NCBI RefSeq assembly: GCF_003991155.1
Contig: NZ_CP031293.1
Strand: one strand, 5' to 3'
DNA from: Escherichia coli
GTDB lineage: Bacteria > Pseudomonadota > Gammaproteobacteria > Enterobacterales > Enterobacteriaceae
DNA length: 64,000 nucleotides
How positions within the stretch are numbered: position 1 is the first letter of the stretch; every line of letters starts with the position of its first letter. Below are positions 32,216 to 44,057 of this stretch, in pieces. The notes beneath the pieces are model-generated. The model was not told the origin of the DNA and searched no databases. It saw only the letters and a list, made by a program, of their open reading frames with translations. A program made the position numbers and the translations under genes.

Positions 32216-33888
32216 TGGCTGCGCAAGGGTTCTTACTGATTGCCACGTTTTTACTGGTGTTAATGGTGCTGGCACGTCCTTTAGGCAGCGGGCTGGCGCG
32301 GCTGATTAATGACATACCTCTTCCCGGTACAGCGGGCGTTGAACGCGTACTCTTTAGCGCGCTTGGCGTCTCTGACCGCGAGATGAACTGGAAGCAGTAT
32401 CTCTCAGCCATTCTTGGCCTGAATATGCTGGGGCTGGCGGTGCTTTTTTTTATGTTGCTCGGTCAGCACTATCTGCCGCTTAATCCACAGCAGTTGCCGG
32501 GGCTGTCGTGGGATCTGGCGCTCAATACCGCCGTCAGCTTTGTCACGAATACCAACTGGCAATCTTATAGCGGTGAAACCACGTTGAGCTATTTCAGCCA
32601 GATGGCGGGCTTAACGGTGCAAAACTTTCTTTCTGCCGCCAGCGGGATTGCGGTGATTTTTGCCCTCATCCGTGCGTTTACCCGCCAGAGCATGAGCACG
32701 CTCGGGAATGCCTGGGTCGATCTGCTACGCATCACGTTATGGGTGCTAGTCCCTGTGGCATTGTTGATCGCATTGTTTTTTATTCAACAAGGTGCGCTGC
32801 AAAACTTTCTGCCCTATCAGGCGGTGAATACCGTTGAAGGAGCGCAACAGCTGTTACCCATGGGGCCTGTAGCTTCTCAGGAAGCGATCAAGATGCTCGG
32901 TACTAACGGCGGTGGCTTCTTTAATGCCAACTCGTCGCATCCGTTTGAAAACCCAACCGCACTGACCAACTTCGTGCAAATGCTGGCGATTTTCTTGATC
33001 CCAACAGCGCTGTGCTTTGCCTTTGGTGAAGTGGCGGGCGATCGTCGCCAGGGGCGCATGTTGCTGTGGGCGATGTCAGTGATTTTTGTCATCTGCGTAG
33101 GCGTAGTGATGTGGGCAGAAGTTCAGGGTAATCCTCATCTGCTGGCGCTCGGCGCGGACAGCAGCATCAATATGGAAGGTAAAGAGAGCCGTTTCGGCGT
33201 GCTGGTCAGTAGCCTGTTTGCGGTCGTGACTACGGCGGCTTCCTGCGGCGCGGTGATTGCGATGCATGATTCGTTTACCGCTCTTGGTGGCATGGTGCCG
33301 ATGTGGTTGATGCAAATTGGTGAAGTGGTATTCGGCGGCGTCGGTTCCGGCCTTTACGGCATGATGCTGTTTGTTCTGCTGGCGGTGTTTATTGCTGGGC
33401 TGATGATTGGTCGTACACCGGAATATCTGGGTAAAAAAATCGACGTACGTGAGATGAAACTGACTGCACTGGCGATTCTGGTCACCCCGACGCTGGTGCT
33501 GATGGGCGCGGCGCTGGCAATGATGACCGACGCCGGACGTAGCGCCATGCTCAACCCTGGCCCGCATGGTTTTAGCGAAGTGCTGTACGCCGTGTCGTCC
33601 GCCGCTAACAACAACGGCAGCGCCTTTGCCGGATTAAGCGCCAACTCTCCATTCTGGAACTGTTTGCTGGCGTTGTGCATGTTTGTCGGTCGCTTCGGGG
33701 TAATTATCCCGGTGATGGCAATTGCCGGTTCGTTGGTGAGTAAAAAGAGCCAACCCGCCAGCTCCGGCACGCTGCCAACGCACGGCCCGCTGTTTGTTGG
33801 CCTGTTAATCGGCACCGTGTTGCTGGTTGGCGCACTGACCTTTATCCCTGCCCTGGCGCTTGGTCCGGTGGCGGAATATCTCTCCTGA
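32215..33888 (+). CDS. kdpA: K+-transporting ATPase subunit A
   Basis: 557 aa from [24 protein letters not shown]...; the ORF track's longer N-terminus is rejected. Confidence 0.95.
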   Translation: MAAQGFLLIATFLLVLMVLARPLGSGLARLINDIPLPGTAGVERVLFSALGVSDREMNWKQYLSAILGLNMLGLAVLFFMLLGQHYLPLNPQQLPGLSWDLALNTAVSFVTNTNWQSYSGETTLSYFSQMAGLTVQNFLSAASGIAVIFALIRAFTRQSMSTLGNAWVDLLRITLWVLVPVALLIALFFIQQGALQNFLPYQAVNTVEGAQQLLPMGPVASQEAIKMLGTNGGGFFNANSSHPFENPTALTNFVQMLAIFLIPTALCFAFGEVAGDRRQGRMLLWAMSVIFVICVGVVMWAEVQGNPHLLALGADSSINMEGKESRFGVLVSSLFAVVTTAASCGAVIAMHDSFTALGGMVPMWLMQIGEVVFGGVGSGLYGMMLFVLLAVFIAGLMIGRTPEYLGKKIDVREMKLTALAILVTPTLVLMGAALAMMTDAGRSAMLNPGPHGFSEVLYAVSSAANNNGSAFAGLSANSPFWNCLLALCMFVGRFGVIIPVMAIAGSLVSKKSQPASSGTLPTHGPLFVGLLIGTVLLVGALTFIPALALGPVAEYLS

Positions 33889-33910
33889 TGATATTGAGTG
33901 AGCACTGAAT

Positions 33911-35959
33911 ATGAGTCGTAAACAACTGGCGCTATTCGAACCAACACTTGTCGTTCAGGCGCTGAAAGAAGCGGTGAAAAAATTAAACCCGCAGGCGCAA
34001 TGGCGCAATCCGGTGATGTTTATCGTCTGGATCGGCAGTCTGCTGACCACCTGTATTAGCATCGCGATGGCAAGCGGGGCGATGCCTGGCAATGTGCTGT
34101 TTAGCGCGGCCATTAGCGGCTGGCTGTGGGTCACCGTACTGTTCGCTAATTTCGCCGAGGCGCTGGCAGAAGGCCGCAGTAAAGCGCAGGCCAACAGTCT
34201 GAAAGGGGTGAAAAAAACTGCCTTTGCCCGCAAGCTGCGTGAGCCGAAATATGGCGCTGCGGCGGACAAAGTTCCCGCCGATCAACTGCGTAAAGGCGAT
34301 ATCGTACTGGTAGAAGCTGGCGATATTATCCCCTGCGATGGTGAAGTCATTGAAGGGGGCGCATCGGTCGATGAAAGCGCCATCACCGGAGAATCGGCAC
34401 CGGTGATCCGTGAATCCGGCGGCGATTTTGCCTCCGTCACTGGCGGCACGCGTATTCTTTCTGACTGGCTGGTGATTGAGTGCAGCGTTAACCCCGGTGA
34501 GACATTTCTGGATCGGATGATCGCAATGGTGGAAGGCGCACAGCGACGCAAAACGCCAAACGAGATTGCCCTGACCATTCTCCTGATTGCCCTGACTATC
34601 GTCTTTTTACTGGCAACCGCCACGCTGTGGCCGTTTTCCGCGTGGGGCGGTAATGCAGTCAGCGTAACGGTACTGGTGGCACTGCTGGTCTGTCTGATCC
34701 CAACCACTATTGGCGGCCTGTTGTCAGCGATTGGCGTCGCCGGGATGAGTCGGATGCTGGGCGCGAATGTGATTGCCACCAGCGGACGTGCAGTTGAAGC
34801 GGCAGGTGACGTTGACGTTCTGCTACTGGATAAAACCGGCACCATCACACTTGGTAACCGTCAGGCGTCGGAGTTTATCCCTGCGCAGGGCGTGGATGAA
34901 AAAACGCTGGCTGACGCCGCACAACTGGCTTCGCTGGCTGATGAAACGCCGGAAGGCCGCAGTATTGTGATCCTCGCCAAGCAGCGTTTTAACCTGCGCG
35001 AGCGCGATGTGCAGTCGCGCCATGCCACCTTTGTACCGTTTACTGCGCAAAGCCGGATGAGCGGGATCAACATCGACAACCGCATGATCCGTAAAGGTTC
35101 TGTCGATGCCATTCGCCGCCATGTTGAGGCTAACGGTGGTCACTTCCCTGCCGATGTTGATCAAAAAGTCGATCAGGTTGCGCGTCAGGGGGCCACGCCG
35201 CTGGTGGTGGTGGAAGGTTCACGCGTGCTGGGTGTTATTGCGCTGAAAGATATCGTCAAAGGCGGCATTAAAGAGCGTTTCGCGCAACTGCGCCAAATGG
35301 GCATTAAAACAGTGATGATTACCGGCGATAACCGTCTGACTGCCGCCGCCATTGCTGCGGAAGCGGGAGTTGATGATTTCCTCGCCGAAGCGACACCGGA
35401 GGCCAAGCTGGCATTGATTCGTCAGTATCAGGGGGAAGGCCGTTTGGTGGCGATGACCGGCGATGGCACCAACGATGCTCCGGCGCTGGCGCAGGCAGAT
35501 GTCGCGGTGGCGATGAACTCTGGTACTCAGGCGGCGAAAGAAGCGGGCAATATGGTGGATCTCGACTCTAACCCGACCAAGTTGATCGAGGTGGTGCATA
35601 TTGGCAAACAGATGCTGATGACCCGTGGCTCGCTGACCACCTTCAGCATTGCCAACGATGTGGCGAAATACTTCGCCATTATTCCGGCGGCATTCGCGGC
35701 AACATATCCGCAGTTAAATGCGCTGAACATCATGCGCCTGCATTCGCCCGACTCCGCCATTCTCAGTGCGGTCATTTTCAACGCCTTGATTATCGTCTTT
35801 TTGATTCCCCTGGCGTTAAAAGGCGTGAGTTATAAACCGCTTACCGCTTCTGCCATGTTGCGCCGTAACTTATGGATTTACGGTCTGGGTGGGCTGCTGG
35901 TGCCGTTTATTGGTATCAAAGTCATTGATTTACTGCTGACCGTTTGCGGTCTGGTGTGA
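33911..35959 (+). CDS. kdpB: K+-transporting ATPase subunit B (P-type ATPase)
   Basis: 682 aa; DKTGTIT phosphorylation motif and [10 protein letters not shown]. Confidence 0.97.
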   Translation: MSRKQLALFEPTLVVQALKEAVKKLNPQAQWRNPVMFIVWIGSLLTTCISIAMASGAMPGNVLFSAAISGWLWVTVLFANFAEALAEGRSKAQANSLKGVKKTAFARKLREPKYGAAADKVPADQLRKGDIVLVEAGDIIPCDGEVIEGGASVDESAITGESAPVIRESGGDFASVTGGTRILSDWLVIECSVNPGETFLDRMIAMVEGAQRRKTPNEIALTILLIALTIVFLLATATLWPFSAWGGNAVSVTVLVALLVCLIPTTIGGLLSAIGVAGMSRMLGANVIATSGRAVEAAGDVDVLLLDKTGTITLGNRQASEFIPAQGVDEKTLADAAQLASLADETPEGRSIVILAKQRFNLRERDVQSRHATFVPFTAQSRMSGINIDNRMIRKGSVDAIRRHVEANGGHFPADVDQKVDQVARQGATPLVVVEGSRVLGVIALKDIVKGGIKERFAQLRQMGIKTVMITGDNRLTAAAIAAEAGVDDFLAEATPEAKLALIRQYQGEGRLVAMTGDGTNDAPALAQADVAVAMNSGTQAAKEAGNMVDLDSNPTKLIEVVHIGKQMLMTRGSLTTFSIANDVAKYFAIIPAAFAATYPQLNALNIMRLHSPDSAILSAVIFNALIIVFLIPLALKGVSYKPLTASAMLRRNLWIYGLGGLLVPFIGIKVIDLLLTVCGLV

Positions 35960-35967
35960 GGTTTACC

Positions 35968-36540
35968 ATGAGTGGATTACGTCCGGCATTATCGACATTT
36001 CTCTTTTTGTTACTGATTACTGGCGGCGTTTACCCGCTGCTGACCACCGCGCTGGGGCAATGGTGGTTTCCCTGGCAGGCCAACGGTTCGTTGATTCGTG
36101 AAGGTGATACGGTGCGCGGTTCGGCATTAATCGGGCAGAATTTTACCGGCAACGGCTATTTTCATGGTCGCCCGTCGGCAACGGCAGAAATGCCCTATAA
36201 TTCACAGGCTTCTGGCGGGAGCAATCTGGCAGTCAGTAACCCGGAGCTGGATAAACAGATAGCCACACGCGTTGCTGCATTACGGGCCGCTAACCCGGAT
36301 GCCAGCGCGAGCGTTCCGGTTGAACTGGTGACGGCGTCGGCAAGCGGGCTGGACAATAACATCACCCCGCAAGCGGCGGCCTGGCAAATCCCACGCGTGG
36401 CGAAAGCGCGTAATCTCAGCGTTGAACAGCTCACGCAACTGATCGCAAAATACAGCCAACAACCGCTGGTGAAATATATCGGCCAGCCGGTCGTCAACAT
36501 TGTCGAACTCAATCTGGCGCTGGATAAGCTTGATGAATAA
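35968..36540 (+). CDS. kdpC: K+-transporting ATPase subunit C
   Basis: 190 aa from [25 protein letters not shown]... Confidence 0.93.
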   Translation: MSGLRPALSTFLFLLLITGGVYPLLTTALGQWWFPWQANGSLIREGDTVRGSALIGQNFTGNGYFHGRPSATAEMPYNSQASGGSNLAVSNPELDKQIATRVAALRAANPDASASVPVELVTASASGLDNNITPQAAAWQIPRVAKARNLSVEQLTQLIAKYSQQPLVKYIGQPVVNIVELNLALDKLDE

Positions 36541-39217
36541 CGAACCCTTACGTCCCGACCCCGATCGTCTACTGGAACAAACTGCCGCGCCGCATCGGGG
36601 GAAGCTGAAAGTTTTCTTCGGTGCCTGCGCAGGCGTCGGGAAGACCTGGGCGATGCTGGCAGAAGCCCAGCGACTGCGGGCGCAAGGGCTGGATATTGTG
36701 GTTGGCGTGGTAGAAACCCACGGGCGGAAAGATACCGCCGCAATGCTGGAAGGGCTGGCTGTTCTACCGCTAAAACGCCAGGCGTACCGTGGGCGGTACA
36801 TCAGCGAGTTTGATCTCGATGCCGCCCTCGCCCGCCGTCCGGCACTGATCTTAATGGACGAACTGGCGCACAGTAATGCGCCAGGTTCACGTCATCCTAA
36901 ACGCTGGCAGGACATCGAAGAGCTGCTGGAAGCTGGCATTGATGTTTTCACTACCGTCAACGTTCAGCATCTGGAAAGTCTGAATGATGTGGTCAGCGGC
37001 GTCACCGGAATTCAGGTACGGGAAACCGTGCCCGATCCTTTTTTTGATGCCGCCGACGACGTAGTACTGGTGGACTTGCCCCCGGACGATCTGCGCCAGC
37101 GACTGAAAGAAGGCAAAGTCTATATTGCCGGGCAGGCGGAGCGCGCCATTGAACATTTTTTCCGCAAAGGCAATCTGATCGCCCTGCGCGAACTGGCACT
37201 GCGCCGTACTGCCGATCGTGTTGATGAGCAAATGCGCGCCTGGCGGGGGCATCCTGGCGAAGAGAAAGTCTGGCACACGCGCGACGCGATCCTTTTATGC
37301 ATCGGGCATAACACCGGCAGTGAGAAACTGGTCCGCGCTGCGGCGCGGCTGGCGTCACGGCTGGGTAGTGTCTGGCACGCGGTGTATGTTGAAACCCCTG
37401 CCCTGCATCGCTTACCGGAGAAAAAACGTCGGGCAATTCTCAGCGCCTTACGTCTGGCGCAGGAGCTGGGCGCGGAGACGGCAACACTTTCTGATCCAGC
37501 GGAAGAGAAAGCGGTAGTGCGTTATGCCCGTGAACATAATCTCGGCAAGATTATTCTCGGTCGCCCGGCCTCGCGCCGCTGGTGGCGTCGGGAAACGTTT
37601 GCTGACCGACTGGCGCGTATCGCCCCCGATCTCGATCAGGTGCTGGTCGCGCTTGATGACCCACCCGCCCGCACGATTAACAACGCGCCGGATAGCCGCT
37701 CTTTTAAAGACAAGTGGCGGGTACAGATTCAGGGATGCGTGGTTGCCGCCGCGTTATGCGCCGTTATCACCTTAATTGCCATGCAGTGGCTGATGGCGTT
37801 TGATGCCGCCAACCTGGTGATGCTGTATCTGCTTGGCGTGGTGGTGGTGGCGCTATTTTATGGACGCTGGCCTTCGGTGGTCGCCACCGTCATTAATGTA
37901 GTGAGTTTCGATCTCTTTTTTATCGCCCCACGCGGCACGCTCGCCGTCTCTGATGTGCAATATCTGCTTACCTTCGCGGTGATGTTAACCGTCGGGCTGG
38001 TGATCGGGAACCTTACTGCTGGCGTGCGTTATCAGGCGCGGGTAGCCCGTTACCGCGAGCAACGCACACGGCACTTATATGAAATGTCGAAAGCTCTGGC
38101 TGTGGGCCGCAGTCCGCAGGACATCGCCGCCACCAGCGAACAATTTATTGCCTCCACGTTTCATGCCCGCAGTCAGGTGCTGTTACCCGATGACAACGGT
38201 AAATTGCAGCCGTTAACACATCCGCAAGGAATGACGCCGTGGGACGATGCCATCGCGCAGTGGAGTTTTGATAAAGGCCTGCCTGCGGGCGCGGGCACCG
38301 ACACGTTACCCGGTGTACCGTACCAGATTTTGCCGCTAAAAAGCGGCGAGAAAACCTACGGGCTGGTGGTGGTGGAACCGGGGAATCTGCGCCAGTTGAT
38401 GATCCCGGAACAGCAACGCCTGCTGGAGACGTTTACGCTGTTAGTCGCCAATGCCCTTGAGCGGCTGACACTGACCGCCAGCGAAGAACAGGCGCGGATG
38501 GCAAGCGAACGAGAACAGATCCGCAACGCCCTGCTGGCGGCACTTTCGCATGATTTACGCACGCCGCTTACGGTGCTGTTCGGTCAGGCAGAAATCTTAA
38601 CGCTCGATCTGGCAAGCGAAGGATCGCCCCACGCCCGCCAGGCCAGCGAGATTCGCCAGCATGTGCTGAACACGACCCGACTGGTGAATAATCTACTGGA
38701 TATGGCGCGAATTCAGTCCGGCGGCTTTAATTTGAAGAAAGAGTGGTTAACGCTGGAAGAAGTGGTCGGCAGCGCGCTGCAAATGCTGGAACCGGGTTTA
38801 TCGTCGCCCATCAATCTTTCTCTGCCAGAACCGCTGACCTTAATCCACGTTGACGGGCCACTGTTTGAACGGGTGCTGATTAATCTGCTGGAGAACGCGG
38901 TGAAATACGCGGGTGCGCAGGCCGAAATTGGTATCGATGCCCACGTTGAGGGCGAAAATCTACAACTGGATGTCTGGGATAATGGCCCCGGTCTTCCACC
39001 AGGCCAGGAGCAGACGATATTTGATAAGTTTGCTCGCGGGAATAAAGAGTCGGCGGTGCCGGGGGTAGGGCTTGGGTTGGCAATTTGTCGGGCGATTGTG
39101 GATGTACACGGCGGAACCATTACCGCGTTCAACCGACCGGAAGGTGGTGCCTGTTTTCGTGTTACACTTCCCCAGCAAACTGCCCCTGAACTTGAAGAAT
39201 TTCATGAGGATATGTGA
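36533..39217 (+). CDS. kdpD: Sensor histidine kinase KdpD
   Basis: 894 aa from [38 protein letters not shown]...; overlaps kdpC by 8 nt. Confidence 0.95.
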   Translation: MNNEPLRPDPDRLLEQTAAPHRGKLKVFFGACAGVGKTWAMLAEAQRLRAQGLDIVVGVVETHGRKDTAAMLEGLAVLPLKRQAYRGRYISEFDLDAALARRPALILMDELAHSNAPGSRHPKRWQDIEELLEAGIDVFTTVNVQHLESLNDVVSGVTGIQVRETVPDPFFDAADDVVLVDLPPDDLRQRLKEGKVYIAGQAERAIEHFFRKGNLIALRELALRRTADRVDEQMRAWRGHPGEEKVWHTRDAILLCIGHNTGSEKLVRAAARLASRLGSVWHAVYVETPALHRLPEKKRRAILSALRLAQELGAETATLSDPAEEKAVVRYAREHNLGKIILGRPASRRWWRRETFADRLARIAPDLDQVLVALDDPPARTINNAPDSRSFKDKWRVQIQGCVVAAALCAVITLIAMQWLMAFDAANLVMLYLLGVVVVALFYGRWPSVVATVINVVSFDLFFIAPRGTLAVSDVQYLLTFAVMLTVGLVIGNLTAGVRYQARVARYREQRTRHLYEMSKALAVGRSPQDIAATSEQFIASTFHARSQVLLPDDNGKLQPLTHPQGMTPWDDAIAQWSFDKGLPAGAGTDTLPGVPYQILPLKSGEKTYGLVVVEPGNLRQLMIPEQQRLLETFTLLVANALERLTLTASEEQARMASEREQIRNALLAALSHDLRTPLTVLFGQAEILTLDLASEGSPHARQASEIRQHVLNTTRLVNNLLDMARIQSGGFNLKKEWLTLEEVVGSALQMLEPGLSSPINLSLPEPLTLIHVDGPLFERVLINLLENAVKYAGAQAEIGIDAHVEGENLQLDVWDNGPGLPPGQEQTIFDKFARGNKESAVPGVGLGLAICRAIVDVHGGTITAFNRPEGGACFRVTLPQQTAPELEEFHEDM

Positions 39218-39891
39218 CAAACGTTCTGATTGTTGAAGATGAACAGGCTATTCGTCGCTTTCTGCGCACGGCGCTGGAGGGCGACGGGATGCGCGTCTTT
39301 GAGGCCGAAACGCTGCAACGCGGCTTGCTGGAAGCGGCAACCCGTAAGCCAGATTTGATTATTCTCGATCTCGGCCTGCCCGATGGTGATGGGATTGAGT
39401 TTATCCGCGACCTGCGCCAGTGGAGCGCGGTGCCGGTGATTGTGCTTTCCGCACGCAGCGAAGAGAGCGACAAAATCGCCGCGCTGGATGCCGGAGCGGA
39501 TGATTACCTGAGTAAGCCGTTTGGCATTGGCGAATTGCAGGCCCGTCTGCGCGTCGCTTTACGCCGCCACTCCGCCACCACCGCGCCCGATCCGCTGGTG
39601 AAATTTTCCGATGTGACCGTCGATTTAGCCGCCCGCGTGATTCACCGGGGTGAGGAAGAGGTGCATCTCACGCCGATTGAATTCCGCCTGCTGGCCGTGC
39701 TGCTCAACAACGCCGGAAAAGTGCTCACCCAGCGCCAGTTACTCAATCAGGTGTGGGGACCAAACGCGGTCGAACACAGTCATTATTTGCGTATTTATAT
39801 GGGGCATCTGCGACAAAAACTGGAACAGGATCCCGCCCGCCCCCGCCATTTCATTACTGAAACCGGTATTGGGTATCGGTTTATGCTTTGA
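39214..39891 (+). CDS. kdpE: Response regulator KdpE
   Basis: 225 aa OmpR-family regulator; overlaps kdpD by 4 nt. Confidence 0.95.
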   Translation: MTNVLIVEDEQAIRRFLRTALEGDGMRVFEAETLQRGLLEAATRKPDLIILDLGLPDGDGIEFIRDLRQWSAVPVIVLSARSEESDKIAALDAGADDYLSKPFGIGELQARLRVALRRHSATTAPDPLVKFSDVTVDLAARVIHRGEEEVHLTPIEFRLLAVLLNNAGKVLTQRQLLNQVWGPNAVEHSHYLRIYMGHLRQKLEQDPARPRHFITETGIGYRFML

Positions 39892-40124
39892 ATATTAATT
39901 TTAATACATCCTGCCTTTTATTAATTAAAGCCGTAATAATAAATACGGCTTTTTATCTTAAACAACACACAAAAATAACAATTCAATATTTTATATTACT
40001 GAGTAAAAAGCTCATCATTAAATAAATTAAGATTGATCATTTTTTATTGATCACCTTCACAGTTCAACCGTATTTCCTGGATAGAATACCTTCACCTTCA
40101 TTCACATCAGGAAAGGTAAATTAA

Positions 40125-40229
40125 ATGGAAAATAACAGCCGCACTATGCCCCATATAAGGCGGACAACTCATATTATGAAGTTTGCTCATCGCAATAGCT
40201 TCGACTTTCACTTCTTCAATGCCCGTTAG
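40125..40229 (+). CDS. speFL: speF leader arrest peptide (34 aa)
   Basis: Hand translation MENNSRTMPHIRRTTHIMKFAHRNSFDFHFFNAR-stop matches the described ornithine-sensing leader peptide; not in the ORF track (<60 aa). Confidence 0.85.
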   Translation: MENNSRTMPHIRRTTHIMKFAHRNSFDFHFFNAR

Positions 40230-40486
40230 TCTACCGACTAAGGGCACTTCAGCGTACAGGTCTTCCTGACTCTCTGTATTACAGGCATATGCCTGTATTC
40301 CGCAGTGCTCATTCTCTGTTAACCCTTGTATTATCAGCCACCGGACTGATAAGGGTTTCTGCATTCTGAAAAAAGCAAACTTCTGATTAATTTATCAGCG
40401 GGGTAACTTTGCTTTTTTTCCGGCACGATCGATTTCTCATTCGAGAAATTGAGGACCTGCTATTACCAAAAATAAAGAGTTGGAAA

Positions 40487-42685
40487 ATGTCAAAATTAAA
40501 AATTGCGGTTAGTGATTCTTGCCCGGACTGTTTTACCACGCAGCGAGAATGTATCTATATTAATGAAAACAGTAATATCGATGTGGCGGCAATAGTTTTA
40601 TCGCTCAACGATGTTACACGCGGAAAACTCGATGAAATCGATGCCACGGGTTATGGCATCCCGGTATTTATTGCTACTGAAAATCAAGAACGTGTACCCG
40701 CAGAGTATTTGCCCCGTATTTCGGGTGTCTTTGAGAATTGCGAATCGCGACGAGAATTTTATGGTCGTCAGTTAGAAACCGCAGCCAGCCATTATGAAAC
40801 TCAACTGCGCCCGCCCTTCTTCCGCGCACTGGTCGATTATGTCAATCAGGGTAACAGCGCGTTTGATTGCCCCGGTCATCAGGGCGGCGAATTTTTCCGT
40901 CGCCATCCGGCGGGGAATCAGTTTGTGGAATACTTTGGTGAGGCGCTGTTCCGTGCTGACTTGTGCAACGCGGATGTGGCAATGGGCGATCTGCTGATTC
41001 ACGAAGGCGCGCCATGCATTGCACAGCAACATGCGGCAAAAGTGTTTAATGCCGATAAAACATACTTCGTTCTAAATGGCACTTCATCTTCTAACAAAGT
41101 GGTTTTAAACGCCCTGTTAACACCGGGGGATCTGGTGCTGTTTGACCGTAATAACCATAAATCTAATCACCACGGAGCGTTGCTACAGGCTGGCGCAACA
41201 CCAGTTTATCTGGAAACCGCACGCAACCCGTATGGCTTTATCGGTGGTATTGATGCCCACTGCTTCGAAGAAAATTACCTGCGCGAACTGATTACAGAAG
41301 TCGCACCGCAGCGGGCAAAAGAGGCGCGTCCTTTCCGCCTCGCCGTTATTCAGCTAGGCACTTACGACGGTACGATTTATAACGCCCGTCAGGTGGTGGA
41401 TAAAATTGGTCATCTGTGTGACTACATCCTCTTTGACTCCGCATGGGTCGGCTATGAGCAGTTTATCCCGATGATGGCGGACTGTTCACCACTGTTGCTG
41501 GATCTTAATGAGAACGATCCGGGTATTCTGGTTACGCAATCTGTGCATAAACAGCAGGCTGGTTTTTCCCAGACTTCACAAATCCATAAAAAAGACAGCC
41601 ATATCAAAGGGCAACAGCGTTATGTACCGCACAAACGCATGAACAACGCCTTTATGATGCATGCCTCCACCAGCCCGTTCTATCCGCTGTTTGCCGCACT
41701 GGATATCAACGCCAAAATGCATGAAGGTGTCAGCGGTCGTAATATGTGGATGGATTGTGTAGTAAATGGCATTAATGCCCGCAAACTGATCCTCGATAAC
41801 TGTCAGCATATTCGTCCATTCGTACCTGAACTGGTGGATGGTAAACCCTGGCAGTCGTATGAAACAGCGCAAATTGCGGTTGATCTGCGCTTCTTCCAGT
41901 TTGTACCAGGTGAGCACTGGCATTCTTTTGAAGGCTATGCAGAGAATCAATACTTTGTCGATCCGTGCAAACTGTTGCTGACAACCCCAGGTATTGATGC
42001 ACGTAACGGCGAATATGAAGCGTTCGGTGTACCCGCGACGATTCTTGCTAACTTCCTGCGCGAAAATGGCGTAGTGCCGGAAAAATGCGATCTTAACTCC
42101 ATCCTCTTTCTGCTGACTCCGGCAGAAGATATGGCCAAACTTCAGCAACTTGCTGCTCTGCTGGTACGCTTCGAAAAACTGCTTGAGTCCGACGCGCCAT
42201 TATCAGAAGTACTGCCTTCCATCTACAAACAGCATGATGAGCGCTACACCGGTTATACCCTGCGTCAGTTGTGTCAGGAAATGCATGATTTGTATGCCCG
42301 TCACAACGTGAAACAACTGCAAAAAGAGATGTTTCGTAAGGAACACTTCCCACGTGTCAGCATGAATCCACAAGAAGCCAACTACGCCTATTTACGCGGT
42401 GAAGTGGAGCTGGTTCGTCTGCCGGATGCAGAAGGCCGTATCGCTGCAGAAGGTGCGCTTCCTTATCCTCCGGGTGTGCTGTGTGTTGTTCCGGGTGAAA
42501 TCTGGGGTGGTGCTGTTCTGCGTTACTTCAGCGCTCTGGAAGAAGGGATCAACCTGCTGCCAGGTTTTGCACCGGAGCTTCAGGGTGTCTATATCGAAGA
42601 ACATGATGGTCGTAAGCAAGTTTGGTGCTATGTCATCAAGCCTCGTGATGCGCAAAGCATCCTGTTGAAAGGGGAAAAATTATGA
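40487..42685 (+). CDS. speF: Inducible ornithine decarboxylase
   Basis: 732 aa from MSKLKIAVSDSCPDCFTTQRECIYINE...; the upstream extension in the ORF track is rejected. Confidence 0.95.
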   Translation: MSKLKIAVSDSCPDCFTTQRECIYINENSNIDVAAIVLSLNDVTRGKLDEIDATGYGIPVFIATENQERVPAEYLPRISGVFENCESRREFYGRQLETAASHYETQLRPPFFRALVDYVNQGNSAFDCPGHQGGEFFRRHPAGNQFVEYFGEALFRADLCNADVAMGDLLIHEGAPCIAQQHAAKVFNADKTYFVLNGTSSSNKVVLNALLTPGDLVLFDRNNHKSNHHGALLQAGATPVYLETARNPYGFIGGIDAHCFEENYLRELITEVAPQRAKEARPFRLAVIQLGTYDGTIYNARQVVDKIGHLCDYILFDSAWVGYEQFIPMMADCSPLLLDLNENDPGILVTQSVHKQQAGFSQTSQIHKKDSHIKGQQRYVPHKRMNNAFMMHASTSPFYPLFAALDINAKMHEGVSGRNMWMDCVVNGINARKLILDNCQHIRPFVPELVDGKPWQSYETAQIAVDLRFFQFVPGEHWHSFEGYAENQYFVDPCKLLLTTPGIDARNGEYEAFGVPATILANFLRENGVVPEKCDLNSILFLLTPAEDMAKLQQLAALLVRFEKLLESDAPLSEVLPSIYKQHDERYTGYTLRQLCQEMHDLYARHNVKQLQKEMFRKEHFPRVSMNPQEANYAYLRGEVELVRLPDAEGRIAAEGALPYPPGVLCVVPGEIWGGAVLRYFSALEEGINLLPGFAPELQGVYIEEHDGRKQVWCYVIKPRDAQSILLKGEKL

Positions 42686-44001
42686 GTCAGGCTAAATCGA
42701 ACAAAATGGGCGTCGTTCAGTTAACCATACTGACGATGGTCAACATGATGGGCTCCGGTATCATCATGCTGCCGACAAAGCTTGCCGAAGTTGGGACAAT
42801 CTCAATAATCTCCTGGTTGGTGACTGCCGTAGGCTCAATGGCGCTGGCATGGGCATTCGCAAAATGCGGCATGTTCAGCCGTAAATCAGGCGGTATGGGC
42901 GGTTATGCGGAGTATGCTTTCGGTAAATCAGGGAACTTTATGGCGAACTACACCTACGGTGTCTCGCTGCTGATTGCTAACGTCGCGATTGCTATTTCGG
43001 CGGTTGGTTACGGCACCGAACTGCTCGGCGCGAGTTTGTCGCCAGTGCAGATTGGTCTTGCGACCATCGGAGTGCTGTGGATTTGTACCGTGGCTAACTT
43101 TGGTGGTGCGCGCATTACCGGGCAAATCAGTAGCATTACTGTGTGGGGGGTCATTATTCCGGTCGTCGGTCTGTGCATTATCGGCTGGTTCTGGTTTAGC
43201 CCGACGCTATACGCTAACTCATGGAACCCGCACCATGTGCCGTTCTTTAGCGCTGTAGGTTCTTCCATCGCTATGACGTTGTGGGCTTTCCTTGGTCTGG
43301 AGTCAGCCTGTGCCAACGCCGAAGTAGTGGAAAACCCGGAACGTAACGTGCCAATAGCAGTCCTTGGCGGTACGTTAGGTGCGGCGGTGATTTATATCGT
43401 CTCCACCAACGTGATTGCCGGGATTGTGCCAAATATGGAGCTGGCAAATTCAACGGCACCATTTGGCCTGGCCTTCGCACAGATGTTCACACCAGAAGTG
43501 GGTAAAGTCATTATGGCGCTGATGGTGATGTCCTGCTGCGGTTCACTGCTTGGCTGGCAGTTCACCATTGCCCAGGTGTTTAAATCTTCATCTGATGAAG
43601 GCTACTTCCCTAAAATTTTCTCCCGTGTAACCAAAGTGGATGCACCGGTTCAGGGAATGTTGACCATTGTGATTATTCAGAGTGGATTGGCACTGATGAC
43701 CATTAGCCCGTCACTGAACAGCCAGTTCAACGTGCTGGTTAACCTGGCCGTGGTGACCAATATCATCCCGTATATTCTGTCGATGGCAGCATTAGTTATT
43801 ATTCAGCAGGTCGCCAATGTGCCACCGTCAAAAGCGAAAGTAGCAAACTTTGTTGCCTTTGTTGGTGCGATGTACAGTTTCTATGCGCTGTACTCATCCG
43901 GGGAAGAAGCCATGCTGTACGGTTCCATCGTGACCTTCCTTGGTTGGACACTGTATGGTCTGGTATCTCCACGCTTTGAACTGAAAAATAAACACGGTTA
44001 A
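42682..44001 (+). CDS. potE: Putrescine-ornithine antiporter
   Basis: 439-aa APC-family transporter; 4-nt overlap with speF. Confidence 0.95.
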   Translation: MSQAKSNKMGVVQLTILTMVNMMGSGIIMLPTKLAEVGTISIISWLVTAVGSMALAWAFAKCGMFSRKSGGMGGYAEYAFGKSGNFMANYTYGVSLLIANVAIAISAVGYGTELLGASLSPVQIGLATIGVLWICTVANFGGARITGQISSITVWGVIIPVVGLCIIGWFWFSPTLYANSWNPHHVPFFSAVGSSIAMTLWAFLGLESACANAEVVENPERNVPIAVLGGTLGAAVIYIVSTNVIAGIVPNMELANSTAPFGLAFAQMFTPEVGKVIMALMVMSCCGSLLGWQFTIAQVFKSSSDEGYFPKIFSRVTKVDAPVQGMLTIVIIQSGLALMTISPSLNSQFNVLVNLAVVTNIIPYILSMAALVIIQQVANVPPSKAKVANFVAFVGAMYSFYALYSSGEEAMLYGSIVTFLGWTLYGLVSPRFELKNKHG

Positions 44002-44012
44002 TAAAGCAAAGT

Positions 44013-44046
44013 AAAAAAGGGCGATCTTCTGACCGCCCTTTTTCTT
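44013..44046. terminator. Bidirectional intrinsic terminator between convergent potE and pgm
   Basis: A-run, stem AAGGGCG/CGCCCTT, T-run. Confidence 0.65.
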
Positions 44047-44057
44047 ATTAAATGTGT

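Noticed and set aside
40107-40364. 85-aa minus-strand ORF
   Set aside because: Antisense to the speFL leader peptide, which is an exact match to the known arrest peptide on the plus strand.
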